A stretch of DNA of 64,000 nucleotides from Trueperaceae bacterium (GTDB lineage: Bacteria; Deinococcota; Deinococci; Deinococcales; Trueperaceae), in assembly GCA_034520945.1 (NCBI GenBank), contig JAXHNB010000001.1, positions 64,001 through 128,000 of the forward strand. The letters run 5' to 3'. A program made the position numbers and the translations under genes. Numbering within the stretch: the stretch's first letter is position 1; every line of letters begins with the position of its first letter. This document shows, piece by piece, positions 31,301-42,004 of the stretch. The notes below the pieces were generated by a model, which worked only from the letters and a program-made list of their open reading frames with translations, searched no databases and was not told the origin of the DNA.

Positions 31301-32302
31301 TTAGTTCTGGGCGGCCTCGACGGCCTCGAACAGGCTGTCGACCCATTCGTCGCCCACCGCGTCGCGCAGGTACTCCTCGACGGCTGGCTGGGCGATTTCG
31401 CGGAAGGCCGCGATCTCGTCCGGGCTGAGGACGGTGACCTCCATGCCCACCTCGGTGAGGATGCTCTCCGCGTTCATGTCCTGCGCCGTGGTCATGCCGC
31501 GGTGGATGCCTTCAGCGATGTCGGCGCCGGTCTGGACGATGCGCTGCTGCTCCTCGTCGAGCTGATCCCAGAACGCGCCGCTCATCAGGTACAGGTGCAC
31601 GCTGTACACGTGCCCGTCGAGGGTGATGTAGCGCTGGTTCTGGTACAGGTCGGCGGCGAGAATGTTGGTCACGCCGTTCTCCTGGCCGTCGACGACGCCT
31701 TGCTGCAGGGCGCTCGGCAGCTCGGGCCAGGAGATCGCGCTGGGGCTGGCGCCGAGCGACTCGACCAGGTTCTGGTAGATGGGGCTGGGCTGCACGCGGA
31801 TCTTGAGGCCGTCCATGTCCTCGGGCGTCACGACCTCGCGCACGTCGTTGGTGAAGTGGCGGATGCCGTTGTCGCCGACACCGAGAAGCTGCATGTCGGA
31901 CTCCGCGCGCATCGCCTCGCCGAACTCTTCCATGAAGGGCCCGTCGAACACCTCCCAGGCGACGGCCTGGTTGGGGAACAGATACGGCATCTGCAGCACC
32001 TCGATCGGCTTGAAGAACGAGGCGATGGGGCCGTCGTGCACCACGCCCATCTCGATGGTGCCGAGCTGCAGGCCCTCGAGGACGGTGGCGGCGTCGCCCA
32101 GCTGGCTGGCGGGGTAGATCTCGACCTCGAGCTCACCCCCGGTGGCGCCCTCGACGTACGACTTGAAGGCCATGGCGGCTGCGTGCTTGGGTTGGTCCAT
32201 GGAGCCGGGCTGGAAGTGGGCGTACTTGATGACGGTCTGGGCCTGGGCGAGCCCGAAGGCCAGGGCGGCGCCTAGAAGGAGCGTGCGGATGAAGGTGCGC
32301 AT
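31301..32302 (-). CDS. dctP: TRAP transporter substrate-binding protein
   Basis: Signal peptide, YPASQLG, GLKIRV, ALQQGVVDGQEN. Confidence 0.92.
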   Translation of the reverse strand: MRTFIRTLLLGAALAFGLAQAQTVIKYAHFQPGSMDQPKHAAAMAFKSYVEGATGGELEVEIYPASQLGDAATVLEGLQLGTIEMGVVHDGPIASFFKPIEVLQMPYLFPNQAVAWEVFDGPFMEEFGEAMRAESDMQLLGVGDNGIRHFTNDVREVVTPEDMDGLKIRVQPSPIYQNLVESLGASPSAISWPELPSALQQGVVDGQENGVTNILAADLYQNQRYITLDGHVYSVHLYLMSGAFWDQLDEEQQRIVQTGADIAEGIHRGMTTAQDMNAESILTEVGMEVTVLSPDEIAAFREIAQPAVEEYLRDAVGDEWVDSLFEAVEAAQN

Positions 32303-32386
32303 TTGGAACGTCCTTTCACGAGAGGCGGAAGGGTCGGGGCGGGCAGGGGCCGGCCGGGGGTGCCCGTGCCGGCGACACGAGGCCGC

Positions 32387-33676
32387 TCATGACGTGAACC
32401 CGAAGAAGCGGGGCACGGCGAGGGCCAACTCGGGGAACGCGATCACCAACGACAGCACGACCAACTCCGCCAGCAGCAACGGCAGCACGGCCCGGGTCAC
32501 GCCCTCCAGGCGTAGCTTGCCGACCGTGGCGATCACGAACAGCACCGGGCCGATCGGGGGTGTGATCATGCCGATCGCCAGGTTGAGGATGAGGATCAAC
32601 GCGAAGTGGAGCGGGTCCACGCCGGCGTTCGCGGCGACCGGCGCCAGGATCGGCGTCAGGATGATCACGGCCGGCAAGGTGTCGATCACCAGGCCGCACA
32701 GGAGGATGAACACCGCCAGCAGCACCAGGATCAGGGCGCGGCTGTCGGTGAGGCCGCCCAGCCATGTGGCCAGCATCTGGGGTACCCGCAGGACGGTGAG
32801 GAGCCAGCTGAACGCGGACGCCATCGACACGATGAGCAGCACGGCGGAGGTCAGCAGGCCGCTGCGAAGGAACACGCCGGGGACGTCGCGCAGCTTCAGG
32901 GAGCGGGTCACGAACATGCTGACGAACAGCGCGTAGAACGCCGCCACCGCGGCCGCCTCCGTCGCCGTGAAGATGCCGCCCAGGATCCCGCCCAGGATAA
33001 TCACCGGCATCAACAGCCCAGGAAGGGCCGGGAAGAAACTGCCCGCGATCTGACGCAGCGAGGCGCCGCGCGTGCCGGCCTGGAATCCCGCGCGGGTCAC
33101 GATGACGTGATTCACGATGGCGAGGGCGACGGCCAACATGAGGCCGGGCACCACCCCCGCCAGGAACAACCCCGCTACGCTCACGCTGCTTTCGCTGACG
33201 GCGTAGATCACTGCGATGATCGACGGCGGAATGATCGGCCCGATGGTGGCGGTGGCAGCGGTCAGGGCGCCCGCGTAGTAGCGGGGGTAGCCCGCGCCAC
33301 GCATCATCTTCATGATCACGGCGCCGGGGCCCGCTGCGTCGGCCAGGGCCGAGCCCGAGATGCCGGCGAACAGCATGCTGGTCAGGATGTTGACGTGGCC
33401 CAGGCCGCCGCGCACGTGCCCGACCAGCAACTGCGTGTGCCGCAGAAGCGCTTCGGTCAGGCGGCCGGCGGTCATCAGGTCGGCCGCCAGGATGAACAAC
33501 GGCACCGCCATCAAGGGGAACGAGTTGATGCCGCCGAACAGGCGCTGCGGCAGCACCAGCAACGGGTAGGTCCCTCCGGCTTCGATGGCGACCAGCGACG
33601 CGACCCCCATCGACAGCGACACCGGCAGGCCGACCGCCAGCGCCACCACGAACGCGACCAGCAGCGCCGTGGTCAT
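32387..33676 (-). CDS. dctM: TRAP transporter large permease
   Basis: AVPLFILA, SGSALADAA, IIPPS, GIFTATEAAA, TPPIG. Confidence 0.92.
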   Translation of the reverse strand: MTTALLVAFVVALAVGLPVSLSMGVASLVAIEAGGTYPLLVLPQRLFGGINSFPLMAVPLFILAADLMTAGRLTEALLRHTQLLVGHVRGGLGHVNILTSMLFAGISGSALADAAGPGAVIMKMMRGAGYPRYYAGALTAATATIGPIIPPSIIAVIYAVSESSVSVAGLFLAGVVPGLMLAVALAIVNHVIVTRAGFQAGTRGASLRQIAGSFFPALPGLLMPVIILGGILGGIFTATEAAAVAAFYALFVSMFVTRSLKLRDVPGVFLRSGLLTSAVLLIVSMASAFSWLLTVLRVPQMLATWLGGLTDSRALILVLLAVFILLCGLVIDTLPAVIILTPILAPVAANAGVDPLHFALILILNLAIGMITPPIGPVLFVIATVGKLRLEGVTRAVLPLLLAELVVLSLVIAFPELALAVPRFFGFTS

Positions 33677-34227
33677 GTGCTCGCCTCCCCGGGCTCGGGG
33701 GCACCTTCGTCGTGGGCGCCCTCCTCGGGCTCCTCGAAGCCCGGCACGGCGGTGATCCATTCGCGGATCATGGCCAAGAAGTGCAGCGCGAACAGCAGCG
33801 CGCCGATGGGAATGGCCAAGTAGACCGCGCCCATGGGCCACTGCATCACGGGCGAGCGTTGCCGCCACGCGAACTCGCTGAACTGCACTCCGACCACCAT
33901 CAGCACGCCCATGAAGCCGAGGATCACCAGCGCCACCAGGCCTCGGAACCAGGGTTGCAGCCGCCTCGGCAGCAGGCCCTGGCCGTACTCGATGGCGACG
34001 TGTTTCCCTTCCCGCATGGCCAGGCCGGCGCCGAGGTAGGTCACCCAGATCATCAGGTAGCGCGAGACCTCTTCGCTCCAGTTCAGGGAGTCGCCGAAGA
34101 CGTAGCGGGAGACGACGTTGACGAACACCAGCGTCGCCATCACCATCATCATCAGCGCCAGCGCGGCCTGGTTGGTGACCACGAGGCCACGTTCCAAGAT
34201 GGCCAGCGCGCGGGCGACGCCCCTCAC
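33673..34227 (-). CDS. dctQ: TRAP transporter small permease
   Basis: WSEEVSRYLMIW...GKHVAI; four TM segments. Confidence 0.9.
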   Translation of the reverse strand: MRGVARALAILERGLVVTNQAALALMMMVMATLVFVNVVSRYVFGDSLNWSEEVSRYLMIWVTYLGAGLAMREGKHVAIEYGQGLLPRRLQPWFRGLVALVILGFMGVLMVVGVQFSEFAWRQRSPVMQWPMGAVYLAIPIGALLFALHFLAMIREWITAVPGFEEPEEGAHDEGAPEPGEAST

Positions 34228-35096
34228 GATCGGCTCCTCGCCGGCGGGAGGCGCTCGGCGGCCAGCGCCTCCTTGATGCGCTTCAGCCGCGTCGCGTTCT
34301 GCTCATTGCCCCGCAACGCCACGCCCAGGGCCAGCACGTCCACCACCACCAGGTGGGCCAGGCGCGACACCATCGGCGTGAACACGTCGGTGTCCTCGGC
34401 CGAGTCGACGTCCACGTGCAGGTCGCACGCCTGCGCCAGGTGCGAGGCGCTGGCCGTGATCGCCAGCGTGGTGGCACCGGATCGCCGCGCCAGCGTCATG
34501 CTCTCGATCAGCACCCGGGAGCGACCGGTGTTCGAGAACGCCACCGCCACGTCGCCCGGGCCGAGCACGGCGGCCGCCATGCGCTGCATGTGCGTGTCGC
34601 GGTGGGCGGTCGTGGGCGTCGACAGACGGAAGAACTTGTGCTGCGCGTCGAGGGCCACCACGCCGGAGGCGCCCACGCCGTAGAACTCGATTCGCCTCGC
34701 GCCGGCCAAGGCATCGACGGCCGTCTCGACCTGCTCCGGCGCCAGCCCGCTCCGTAGGCGCATCAGCGCGGCGAGCGAGGCATCCACCACCTTGGCGGCG
34801 TACTCCGCGGCGGAGGAGTCGGGGGTGAGGGAGAGCTCGACCGATGCGAAGCGGGCGGGGATGCTGGCGGCCAGCCGCACCTTGAAGTCGGCGAACCCGT
34901 CGCAGCCCACCGCGCGGCAGAAGCGGATCACGGTGGGTTCGCTCACCCCGCAGTCGCGCGCCAACGCCGCCAGCGTCGTGCGGGGCACGCTGTCCGGCTC
35001 GCGCAGCACGCGGTCGGCCACACGCCGCCCCGCCGGGCTCAACGAGGGGTATGCCTCCTCGATGGCCTGAAGGGCGTCATGGTGCGCCGCGATCAT
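34224..35096 (-). CDS. RpiR/HexR-family regulator (HTH + SIS)
   Basis: VSEPTVIRFCRAVGCDGFADFK, GASGVVALDAQHKFFR, FTPMVSR; HexR-like. Confidence 0.9.
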   Translation of the reverse strand: MIAAHHDALQAIEEAYPSLSPAGRRVADRVLREPDSVPRTTLAALARDCGVSEPTVIRFCRAVGCDGFADFKVRLAASIPARFASVELSLTPDSSAAEYAAKVVDASLAALMRLRSGLAPEQVETAVDALAGARRIEFYGVGASGVVALDAQHKFFRLSTPTTAHRDTHMQRMAAAVLGPGDVAVAFSNTGRSRVLIESMTLARRSGATTLAITASASHLAQACDLHVDVDSAEDTDVFTPMVSRLAHLVVVDVLALGVALRGNEQNATRLKRIKEALAAERLPPARSRS

Positions 35097-35119
35097 ACGT
35101 GGGGTCGACCTCCTCGCCG

Positions 35120-35197
35120 TGTAGTCGAGCTACAGGAATGTGGGCGTCTCCGTTGCCTGCGCCGCCGTATGCTAGGACTTTTTGTAGTTCTACTACG
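35120..35197. promoter_or_regulatory. Two HexR-like operator sites
   Basis: TGTAG-TCGAG-CTACA (35120-35134) and TGTAG-TTCTA-CTACG (35183-35197) upstream of the regulator/TRAP operon. Confidence 0.7.
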
Positions 35198-35254
35198 CGC
35201 TCGGGTCGTTCGTCAACCGCGGACCACGCCGCGTGAGGGGCGGGCGCACCTTGT

Positions 35255-36379
35255 CTAGGACGTGTCTTTGCCGACCTCCAGCATACGCACCCGCACCGTC
35301 CGCTCTGCCAACCACGCCCGGTCCAACGTCACGCCCAATCCCGGCCCCTCCGCAGGAACGCGCTGCACCCCGTCCTCGGCCTCCAGCGGCTGTTCCACCA
35401 GGTCGCGGGCGTAGTAGCGGCTGGCGCTGCTGGTGTCGCCCGGCAGCACGAACCCGTCCAGGGTGGAGAGGTGCAGGTTGGCGGCCCGCCCCACCCCCGT
35501 CTCCAGCATCCCGCCGCACCACACCGGCGCGCCGAAGGCGCGCGCCACGTCGTGCACCTCCCGGGCGCGACGGAATCCCCGCACGCGGCCGACCTTGACG
35601 TTCACCACCCGGCCCGCCTCCAGCTGCAGCGCCTTGCGGGCGTCCTCGGGCCCGTGGATCGACTCGTCCAAACAGATCGGCGTGGCCAGCTGCCGCTGCA
35701 ACGCCGCGTGGTCCAGCAGGTCGTCGTGCGCCAAGGGTTGCTCGACGTAGTCCAACGCCAGCGCGTCCAGCTCACGCAGTCGGCGCGCGTCCGTCAACCG
35801 ATAGGCGCTGTTCGCGTCCACCGTGAGCGGCACCTCCGGCAGCGCCTCCCGCACCGCGCGCACCACGTCCACGTCCCAGCCGGGCCGAATCTTTAGTTTC
35901 ACGCGCCGGTACCCCTCGGCCACGGCCCGCCGTGCCGCGGTGACCGTCGCCGCCACGTCGTCCTGGATCCCGAGCGACACGCCGACCGGCACGGGCCGGT
36001 CCCGCCCGCCCAGCAGCACCCACAACGGCACGTTCAGCGCCTTCGCCTGCAGGTCCCAGAACGCCATCTCGACCGCGGCGACCGCCATGTCGTGGCCCCG
36101 GACGCCGGACAGGGCGTGCAGCAGCTCATCGGGCGTGGCGAAGGCGCGCCCCACCAGCTGCGGCGCAATGAAGCGCTCGATTACCGTCCAGCAGGTATCG
36201 ACCGTCTCGGACGAATAGCCCGGCGAAGCACCCGCCACGCACTCCGCGATCCCCTCGAACCCCTCGCCGTGCAGGTGCAGCAACAGGATGCGGCGGTCCC
36301 GCTCCGCCCCGAAGCTGGTCCGGAACGTGAACTCGAGGCGCATGCCCACCTCGCGCAGTTCGATGCGATCGATCCTCAT
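35255..36379 (-). CDS. menC: o-succinylbenzoate synthase / N-acylamino acid racemase (enolase superfamily)
   Basis: KLKI, VDANSAY, EQP, LDES, KVGRV, WCGGMLETG, PGDTSSASRY. Confidence 0.82.
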   Translation of the reverse strand: MRIDRIELREVGMRLEFTFRTSFGAERDRRILLLHLHGEGFEGIAECVAGASPGYSSETVDTCWTVIERFIAPQLVGRAFATPDELLHALSGVRGHDMAVAAVEMAFWDLQAKALNVPLWVLLGGRDRPVPVGVSLGIQDDVAATVTAARRAVAEGYRRVKLKIRPGWDVDVVRAVREALPEVPLTVDANSAYRLTDARRLRELDALALDYVEQPLAHDDLLDHAALQRQLATPICLDESIHGPEDARKALQLEAGRVVNVKVGRVRGFRRAREVHDVARAFGAPVWCGGMLETGVGRAANLHLSTLDGFVLPGDTSSASRYYARDLVEQPLEAEDGVQRVPAEGPGLGVTLDRAWLAERTVRVRMLEVGKDTS

Positions 36380-36529
36380 CACGCCTCCCGTGGGCGGGCA
36401 CCTCCGCGCCTCTGCCCGACGCACCCAAGCATGCCACGCCCGCACCGCGCCGCGCCCCTTCGCGGGCCGCCCGAGGGTACGATGGCCCATCCCGGAACGC
36501 GGCACGACGGGGGAGGAGCAGGATGCAGG

Positions 36530-36856
36530 ATGTGGATTCGTAGCCTCGACGAGAAGTTGGTCAACCTCGCCGTCACCGAGGCCGTGGAGGTGGTGGACGT
36601 ATTCCCGGACGACGCCTCCGCCGAGGCGATCGACGCCGGCGCCGTCCCGCCCGTCGCCTTCGAGGTGGTCGCCTACCTCCCCGGCGGCTGGGAGGTGCCG
36701 CTGTACGGCTCCGAGCACGGCGACGACGCCGAGCGGGCCCTGTCCTTCCTGGCGGGACTTCTGGCGACCGACGGCGTGTCCGCCACCCTGGGCGGCGGTC
36801 GCGTGCGCGCCCTCGAAGAGTTGATGGAGCGAGGCCAGGGCGCCGGCCGCAACTGA
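36530..36856 (+). CDS. Hypothetical protein
   Basis: MWIRSLDEKLVNLA...; purine-rich RBS; typical codon usage. Confidence 0.65.
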   Translation: MWIRSLDEKLVNLAVTEAVEVVDVFPDDASAEAIDAGAVPPVAFEVVAYLPGGWEVPLYGSEHGDDAERALSFLAGLLATDGVSATLGGGRVRALEELMERGQGAGRN

Positions 36857-36999
36857 GCGGACGGGCCCGCGTCGGCCCGGGGCCGGCACGAAGCGGACGC
36901 TCGCAGCATGCCCGCTCGAAGGCGTTTCGGTCGTCCGCTGGTGCTAGGCTCGCAGGCGATTCCCCTCGCGTCCCGACGCGGACGCCTCCCGGAGGTCCC

Positions 37000-38370
37000 G
37001 TGATGCACACAGGCGACGCGCCCCCGAAGGACACGCGCGACCCCGCGGCCGGCGCCGCGTACCGCCTGCCCGGCGAGGCGACCCGCGCCCTGGCCGAGCG
37101 CCAGGCCCGCGCCCTGTTCCCCATCCAGTCCCGCATGGCGTACTACGGCGACGCCCCCCTCGCCGTCGCCCGCGGGGAGGGCTCCTGGTTGTGGGACGTC
37201 GAAGGCAACCGTTACCTCGACTTCTTCGGCGGCATCCTCACCGTCAGCGTCGGCCACGCCAACCCCGAGGTCGCAGACGCGGTCGAGCGGCAGCTCCGCA
37301 CCGTGCAGCACACCAGCACCCTCTACCTGAACGAGATCACCATCGACGCCGCCGAGCGCATCGCCAGGATCGCCCCCGGCCGGCTGCAGCACTGCTTCTT
37401 CACCAGCAGCGGCAGCGAAGCTGACGAGACCGCGGTGATGGCCGCCCGCATGTACACCGGCCACAGCGACGTGATCGCGCTGCGCCACGCCTACGCCGGC
37501 CGGACCGCCACCGCCATGAGCCTCACCGCTCACGCCAACTGGCGCCTGGGCGGGGTGTTCGACGGCGGCATCAAGCACGTCCGCAGCCCCTACGTCTACC
37601 GCGCGCCGGCCGGCCTGGACGAAGCCGGCCTGCTGGACCTGTGCGTGCAGGACCTGGAGGAGACGATCCAGACCTGCACCGATGGCCGCATCGCCGCGTT
37701 CATGGCCGAACCGATCCAGGGCGTCGGCGGGTTCGTGGTCGCGCCCCAGGACTACTTTCGCCGCATCGAACCGGTCGTGCGGGAGGCCGGCGGCGTGATG
37801 ATCATCGACGAGGTCCAGACCGGCTGGGGCCGCACCGGTCGCCACTGGTGCGGCATCGAGCACTGGGGGATCGAACCGGACGTCATGACCTTCGCCAAGG
37901 GCATCGCGAACGGATTCCCCGTCGGCTGCACCATCACCACGCCCGAGATCGCCGAAGCGGTCGACGGGCCCACGCTGTCCACCTTCGGCGGCAACCCGCT
38001 GGCGATGGCGGCGACGGTCGCCACGCTGGAGGTGATCGAACGTCACGACCTGCCCGCCAACGCAGAAGCGCGCGGAGCGCAGCTCCGCGAGCGGCTGGAC
38101 GCCCTTGCCCGCGTCACCCCCTGGATCGGCGAGGTGCGCGGCATGGGCCTGATGCAGGCGCTGGAGCTGGTGGAGGCCGGCGGCGGCAAGGCGCCCGACC
38201 CCGAACGGACGAACGCTCTGCTGGCCGCCGCGCGCCGTCACGGTTTGCTGATCGGAAAGGGCGGCCTGTACGGCAACGTGCTCCGCATCGCCCCGATGCT
38301 GAATGCCACCGAGGACGAGATCACGCAGGGCGCGGACCGCCTGGACGCCGCCGTGCGAGAGGTCGGGTAA
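37000..38370 (+). CDS. Class III PLP aminotransferase (AGXT2-like), copy 1
   Basis: YLDFFGG, SGSEADE, AEPIQGVGG, DEVQTGWGRTG, AKGIANG, STFGGNP. Confidence 0.92.
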   Translation: MMHTGDAPPKDTRDPAAGAAYRLPGEATRALAERQARALFPIQSRMAYYGDAPLAVARGEGSWLWDVEGNRYLDFFGGILTVSVGHANPEVADAVERQLRTVQHTSTLYLNEITIDAAERIARIAPGRLQHCFFTSSGSEADETAVMAARMYTGHSDVIALRHAYAGRTATAMSLTAHANWRLGGVFDGGIKHVRSPYVYRAPAGLDEAGLLDLCVQDLEETIQTCTDGRIAAFMAEPIQGVGGFVVAPQDYFRRIEPVVREAGGVMIIDEVQTGWGRTGRHWCGIEHWGIEPDVMTFAKGIANGFPVGCTITTPEIAEAVDGPTLSTFGGNPLAMAATVATLEVIERHDLPANAEARGAQLRERLDALARVTPWIGEVRGMGLMQALELVEAGGGKAPDPERTNALLAAARRHGLLIGKGGLYGNVLRIAPMLNATEDEITQGADRLDAAVREVG

Positions 38371-38405
38371 GGGTTTCGTTGGCGGCCCTTGCCTAGCGTA
38401 CAGCC

Positions 38406-40085
38406 ATGAACGCCTGGATCGTTCGGATCCCCGTCGCCCTGTTCGCCGCGCTGCTGGCGGTGGCGGCGGCGTTTCCCGCCACGCCCGTTCCGGTGCTGGG
38501 GCTGTCCGCGCTGTTGTTCGCGGCCGCCACCGCGCGGGCGTTCGGGCTGGGGGTGGCGTTGCTGGCGCTGCCGGTGGCCGCCACGGTGGTGGCCCGCCCC
38601 TGGAACGAAGCCGGCGGCGCGCTGAGTGTCGAACCGATGTTCCTCGCCGCCCTACCGGCGTTCGCGCTGGCCGGCCTCTGGATCGGCCGATTGGAGCGCC
38701 ACCTGGGCGCGCAACGCCAGGTGAGCAAACAGGCGCAGTTCGACCCCCTCACCGGCCTGCTGAACCGCACCGCCTTCGAGCGCATCGCGGGCGAGGCGAT
38801 GCTGGAGGCCCGCGAGCGCAACGGCATGGTCGCGATGTTGTTCATCGACCTGGACCGCTTCAAGGTCGTCAACGACACCTACGGGCACGAACTCGGCGAC
38901 GCCGTCCTGCGGCGCGTTGCCGACCTCCTCCGCGAGCACGTGCGGCAGGCCGACCTGGTCGGCCGCCTCGGCGGCGACGAGTTCACCGTCGCGCTCCGCA
39001 ACCTGCGCGAACCCGACAGCGCCGCCTCCGTCGCCCGCAAGCTGCTGAAGTTGCTCAACGAACCCCAGGAGGTCGCCGGCCGCCGCATCGAGGTCGGCGC
39101 CAGCATCGGCATCGCCATGTACCCCCGCGACGGCCAGGACGTCACCGAGCTGCTCAAGAACGCCGATCACGCCATGTACCAGATCAAGGACCGCGGCCGC
39201 AACGGCATCAGCTTCTCCAGCCACGAGACGCAGATCCGCAACGACCGCCGCATCGAGGTCGAGCGGCAACTGCGCGGCGCCCTCCACGAGGACGAGTTCG
39301 AGCTGCACTACCAACCCAAGGTCGACTTCCGCAGCGGCGGCCTGGCCGGCGTGGAGATGCTGCTCCGCTGGCGCAACCGTGACCTGGGCCTGGTGTCGCC
39401 TGATGAGTTCATCCCCATGGCGGAAGAGACCGGCATGATCCTGCCGCTGGGCCGCTGGCTGCTGCGCCAGGCCTGCTTCCAGCTGCGCGACTGGGACGAG
39501 GCCGGCCTGCCCCCCATCACCCTCGCCGTGAACGTCTCTACCCTGCAGTTCCGCCAACCCGACTTCGTCCACGCCGTCGAGGAGGCACTCCGCGACTCCG
39601 GGATCGCCCCCGCCCGCCTGGAGCTCGAGATCACCGAGTCCGTCCTGATGAAGGAATACGCCGCCTCCCTGCGCCAGCTCGAACGTCTCGCCGCCCTCGG
39701 CGTCGGCATCGCCCTGGACGACTTCGGCACCGGCTACTCCTCCCTCGCCTACCTGCAGAACCTGCCCATCCGCACCCTCAAGATCGACCGCTCGTTCGTG
39801 TCCGGCCTGACCCTGCGCGGCGGCGGCGAACCGGGCGGCACCGCCCCCATTGTCGAGACCATCCTCACCCTCGGCCAAAAACTCGGCAAGGAGATCGTTG
39901 CCGAAGGGGTCGAGACCCGCGGCCAGGCCCGCTGGCTGGCGCAATCCGGCTGCACCTACGGGCAGGGCTTCCTGTACGCCCGCCCGCAACCCGCCAGCCG
40001 CATCGCCAAGCTGCTGGAGCGGGCCGTGCCGGCGCCGACGCGCGCGGACGTGCGGGGGGAGCGGTTGTTGATGTCGGGGGCGTGA
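38406..40085 (+). CDS. Membrane-anchored GGDEF-EAL protein, copy 1
   Basis: N-terminal TM segments, DPLTGLLNR, RLGGDEF, EML, ELEITE, DDFGTGYSSL, AEGVE. Confidence 0.93.
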   Translation: MNAWIVRIPVALFAALLAVAAAFPATPVPVLGLSALLFAAATARAFGLGVALLALPVAATVVARPWNEAGGALSVEPMFLAALPAFALAGLWIGRLERHLGAQRQVSKQAQFDPLTGLLNRTAFERIAGEAMLEARERNGMVAMLFIDLDRFKVVNDTYGHELGDAVLRRVADLLREHVRQADLVGRLGGDEFTVALRNLREPDSAASVARKLLKLLNEPQEVAGRRIEVGASIGIAMYPRDGQDVTELLKNADHAMYQIKDRGRNGISFSSHETQIRNDRRIEVERQLRGALHEDEFELHYQPKVDFRSGGLAGVEMLLRWRNRDLGLVSPDEFIPMAEETGMILPLGRWLLRQACFQLRDWDEAGLPPITLAVNVSTLQFRQPDFVHAVEEALRDSGIAPARLELEITESVLMKEYAASLRQLERLAALGVGIALDDFGTGYSSLAYLQNLPIRTLKIDRSFVSGLTLRGGGEPGGTAPIVETILTLGQKLGKEIVAEGVETRGQARWLAQSGCTYGQGFLYARPQPASRIAKLLERAVPAPTRADVRGERLLMSGA

Positions 40086-40374
40086 GGCTCTACCGTGCCA
40101 CGGTGCACGCCCGTGTCGCGCACTTTGCAGTCGGAAGGCGATCGTTTCGGCCAGAATCGAAGGCGTAACGACATTGAGCGGAACCGTCGCGCGTGAGGCC
40201 ATTGGGATCGACGCCGGTGGGGTCCGGCGCGGGCGCCGCATCCGCTGCCCGAAAGGGGGATGGAATGCCCTAGGTGCGGAGATCGAAGGCGAAACTTCGT
40301 CCTCGGAACGTGGTCTGGCACGCACGTGTTCGGAGGACGGCCGCGTTGCTCGACTCGCGAAGGAGAGATCGTCC

Positions 40375-42003
40375 ATGTCCAACGAAACGCCAGTCCCTAC
40401 GAACCTGAACCGCCGCCGTTTCCTGAAGCTGCTCGGCGCCGTAGGCGGCACCGGCATGGTGTTCAGCGCCCTCGATTCCTTCGGACTGGGGATGGCCTCG
40501 GCCCAAGACGCGCCCCCCGACCTGAGGGGACGCCGCGACGGCACCCGCGTGATCGTCCTCGGGGCCGGCGTGGCCGGGATGACCGCGGCGTACGAACTCC
40601 AGAAGCTGGGGTACGACACGCCCATCCTCGAGGCGCGTGATTTTGCTGGGGGCCGTGCCCAAACGGCTCGCAGAGGCTTCACGCTCACCGAAGCCAACGG
40701 CGTCACCCAGCGCTGCAGGTTCGACGAGGGGGAGTACATCAACCACGGCCCGTGGCGCATCCCCTTCCACCACCGGTCCGTGCTGCACTACGCCAAGCAG
40801 TTCCAGGTGCCCCTCGAGATCATGGTGAACCAGAACGACGCGGCGTACGCGTTGTTCGAGGACGTGGAGGGTCCGCTCTCCGGGCAGCGCTTGCGCCAGA
40901 TGGAGATCAAGGCCGACATGCGCGGGTACACGTCCGAGCTTCTCGCCAAGGCAGCTCAGCAGGACGAGCTCGACCGCGAGCTCACCCAGGAGGACAAGGA
41001 GAAGCTCATCGAGTACCTCGTGCGCGAAGGGTATCTCGACAGCGAGGATCTCGCGTACCGGGGCATGGGCGCGCGCGGCTACGAAGAGCCCCCAAGCGCG
41101 GGGCTCAACCCGGGCGTCCCGTCCGACCCACACGGCTTCCTGGACCTGCTTCGCCCGGAGCTCGGCAACCTCTACCGGTCGGTGTCTTCGTACTCCCAGC
41201 AACCCACGATGCTGCAACCCGTCGGCGGTATGGACCAAATCGCGAAGGCGTTCGAGCAGCAGGTGGGGGACGACATCCATTACGGGATCGAGGTCACCCA
41301 GATCCGTCAGGGCGAAGACGGCGTGCGGATCGTGTATCGCGATACCCGGACCGACGAGATGGGCGAGATGACGGGTGACTACGTCGTCTGCACCATCCCG
41401 CTGTCCGTGCTGAACGGCATCGACGGCGACTTCTCCGAGGACTTCAGGCAGGCGATGTCGGGCGTGTCGTACGCCTCGACCGGCAAGATCGGCCTGCAGT
41501 TCGCCCGGCGCTTCTGGGAGGAGGACGACTGGATCTACGGAGGCCACTCCGAGACCAACTTCTTCGGCAGCATCTCGTATCCCTCCTACAACTTCCACAA
41601 GCAGAAGGGCGTCATCCTCGGCTACTACAACTTCGGCGGCGAGGCGGTACGCGTCAGCAACATGACGCCTGAAGAGCGCACCGAGTTCGCCCTCGAGAAC
41701 GGCGAGAAAATCCACCCCGGCCAGTACCGCGACAACTTCGAGGAGTCCTTCAGCGTCGCCTGGCACCTGGTGCCGTACAGCCTTGGCGGCTGGGCCTCGT
41801 GGTCCTCGGACGCGCGCGAGAACGCCTATCCCCTCCTCAACGAGCCCGACGGCCGCGTCTACCTGGCAGGGGAGCACCTCAGCTACCTGACGGGATGGCA
41901 GGCCGGAGGGATCGAGTCCGCGTGGCTTCAGATCGAGAAGCTGCACCGCCGCGCCGCCCAGGACGAGGCCAATGCTGCGATGGCGGCGGCCGGGAACGCC
42001 TGA
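40375..42003 (+). CDS. Tat-exported flavin monoamine oxidase / L-amino acid oxidase family protein
   Basis: NRRRFLK twin-arginine signal, GAGVAG dinucleotide fold, GGR, GPWRIP, AGEHLS..GWQAG. Confidence 0.9.
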   Translation: MSNETPVPTNLNRRRFLKLLGAVGGTGMVFSALDSFGLGMASAQDAPPDLRGRRDGTRVIVLGAGVAGMTAAYELQKLGYDTPILEARDFAGGRAQTARRGFTLTEANGVTQRCRFDEGEYINHGPWRIPFHHRSVLHYAKQFQVPLEIMVNQNDAAYALFEDVEGPLSGQRLRQMEIKADMRGYTSELLAKAAQQDELDRELTQEDKEKLIEYLVREGYLDSEDLAYRGMGARGYEEPPSAGLNPGVPSDPHGFLDLLRPELGNLYRSVSSYSQQPTMLQPVGGMDQIAKAFEQQVGDDIHYGIEVTQIRQGEDGVRIVYRDTRTDEMGEMTGDYVVCTIPLSVLNGIDGDFSEDFRQAMSGVSYASTGKIGLQFARRFWEEDDWIYGGHSETNFFGSISYPSYNFHKQKGVILGYYNFGGEAVRVSNMTPEERTEFALENGEKIHPGQYRDNFEESFSVAWHLVPYSLGGWASWSSDARENAYPLLNEPDGRVYLAGEHLSYLTGWQAGGIESAWLQIEKLHRRAAQDEANAAMAAAGNA

Positions 42004-42004
42004 G

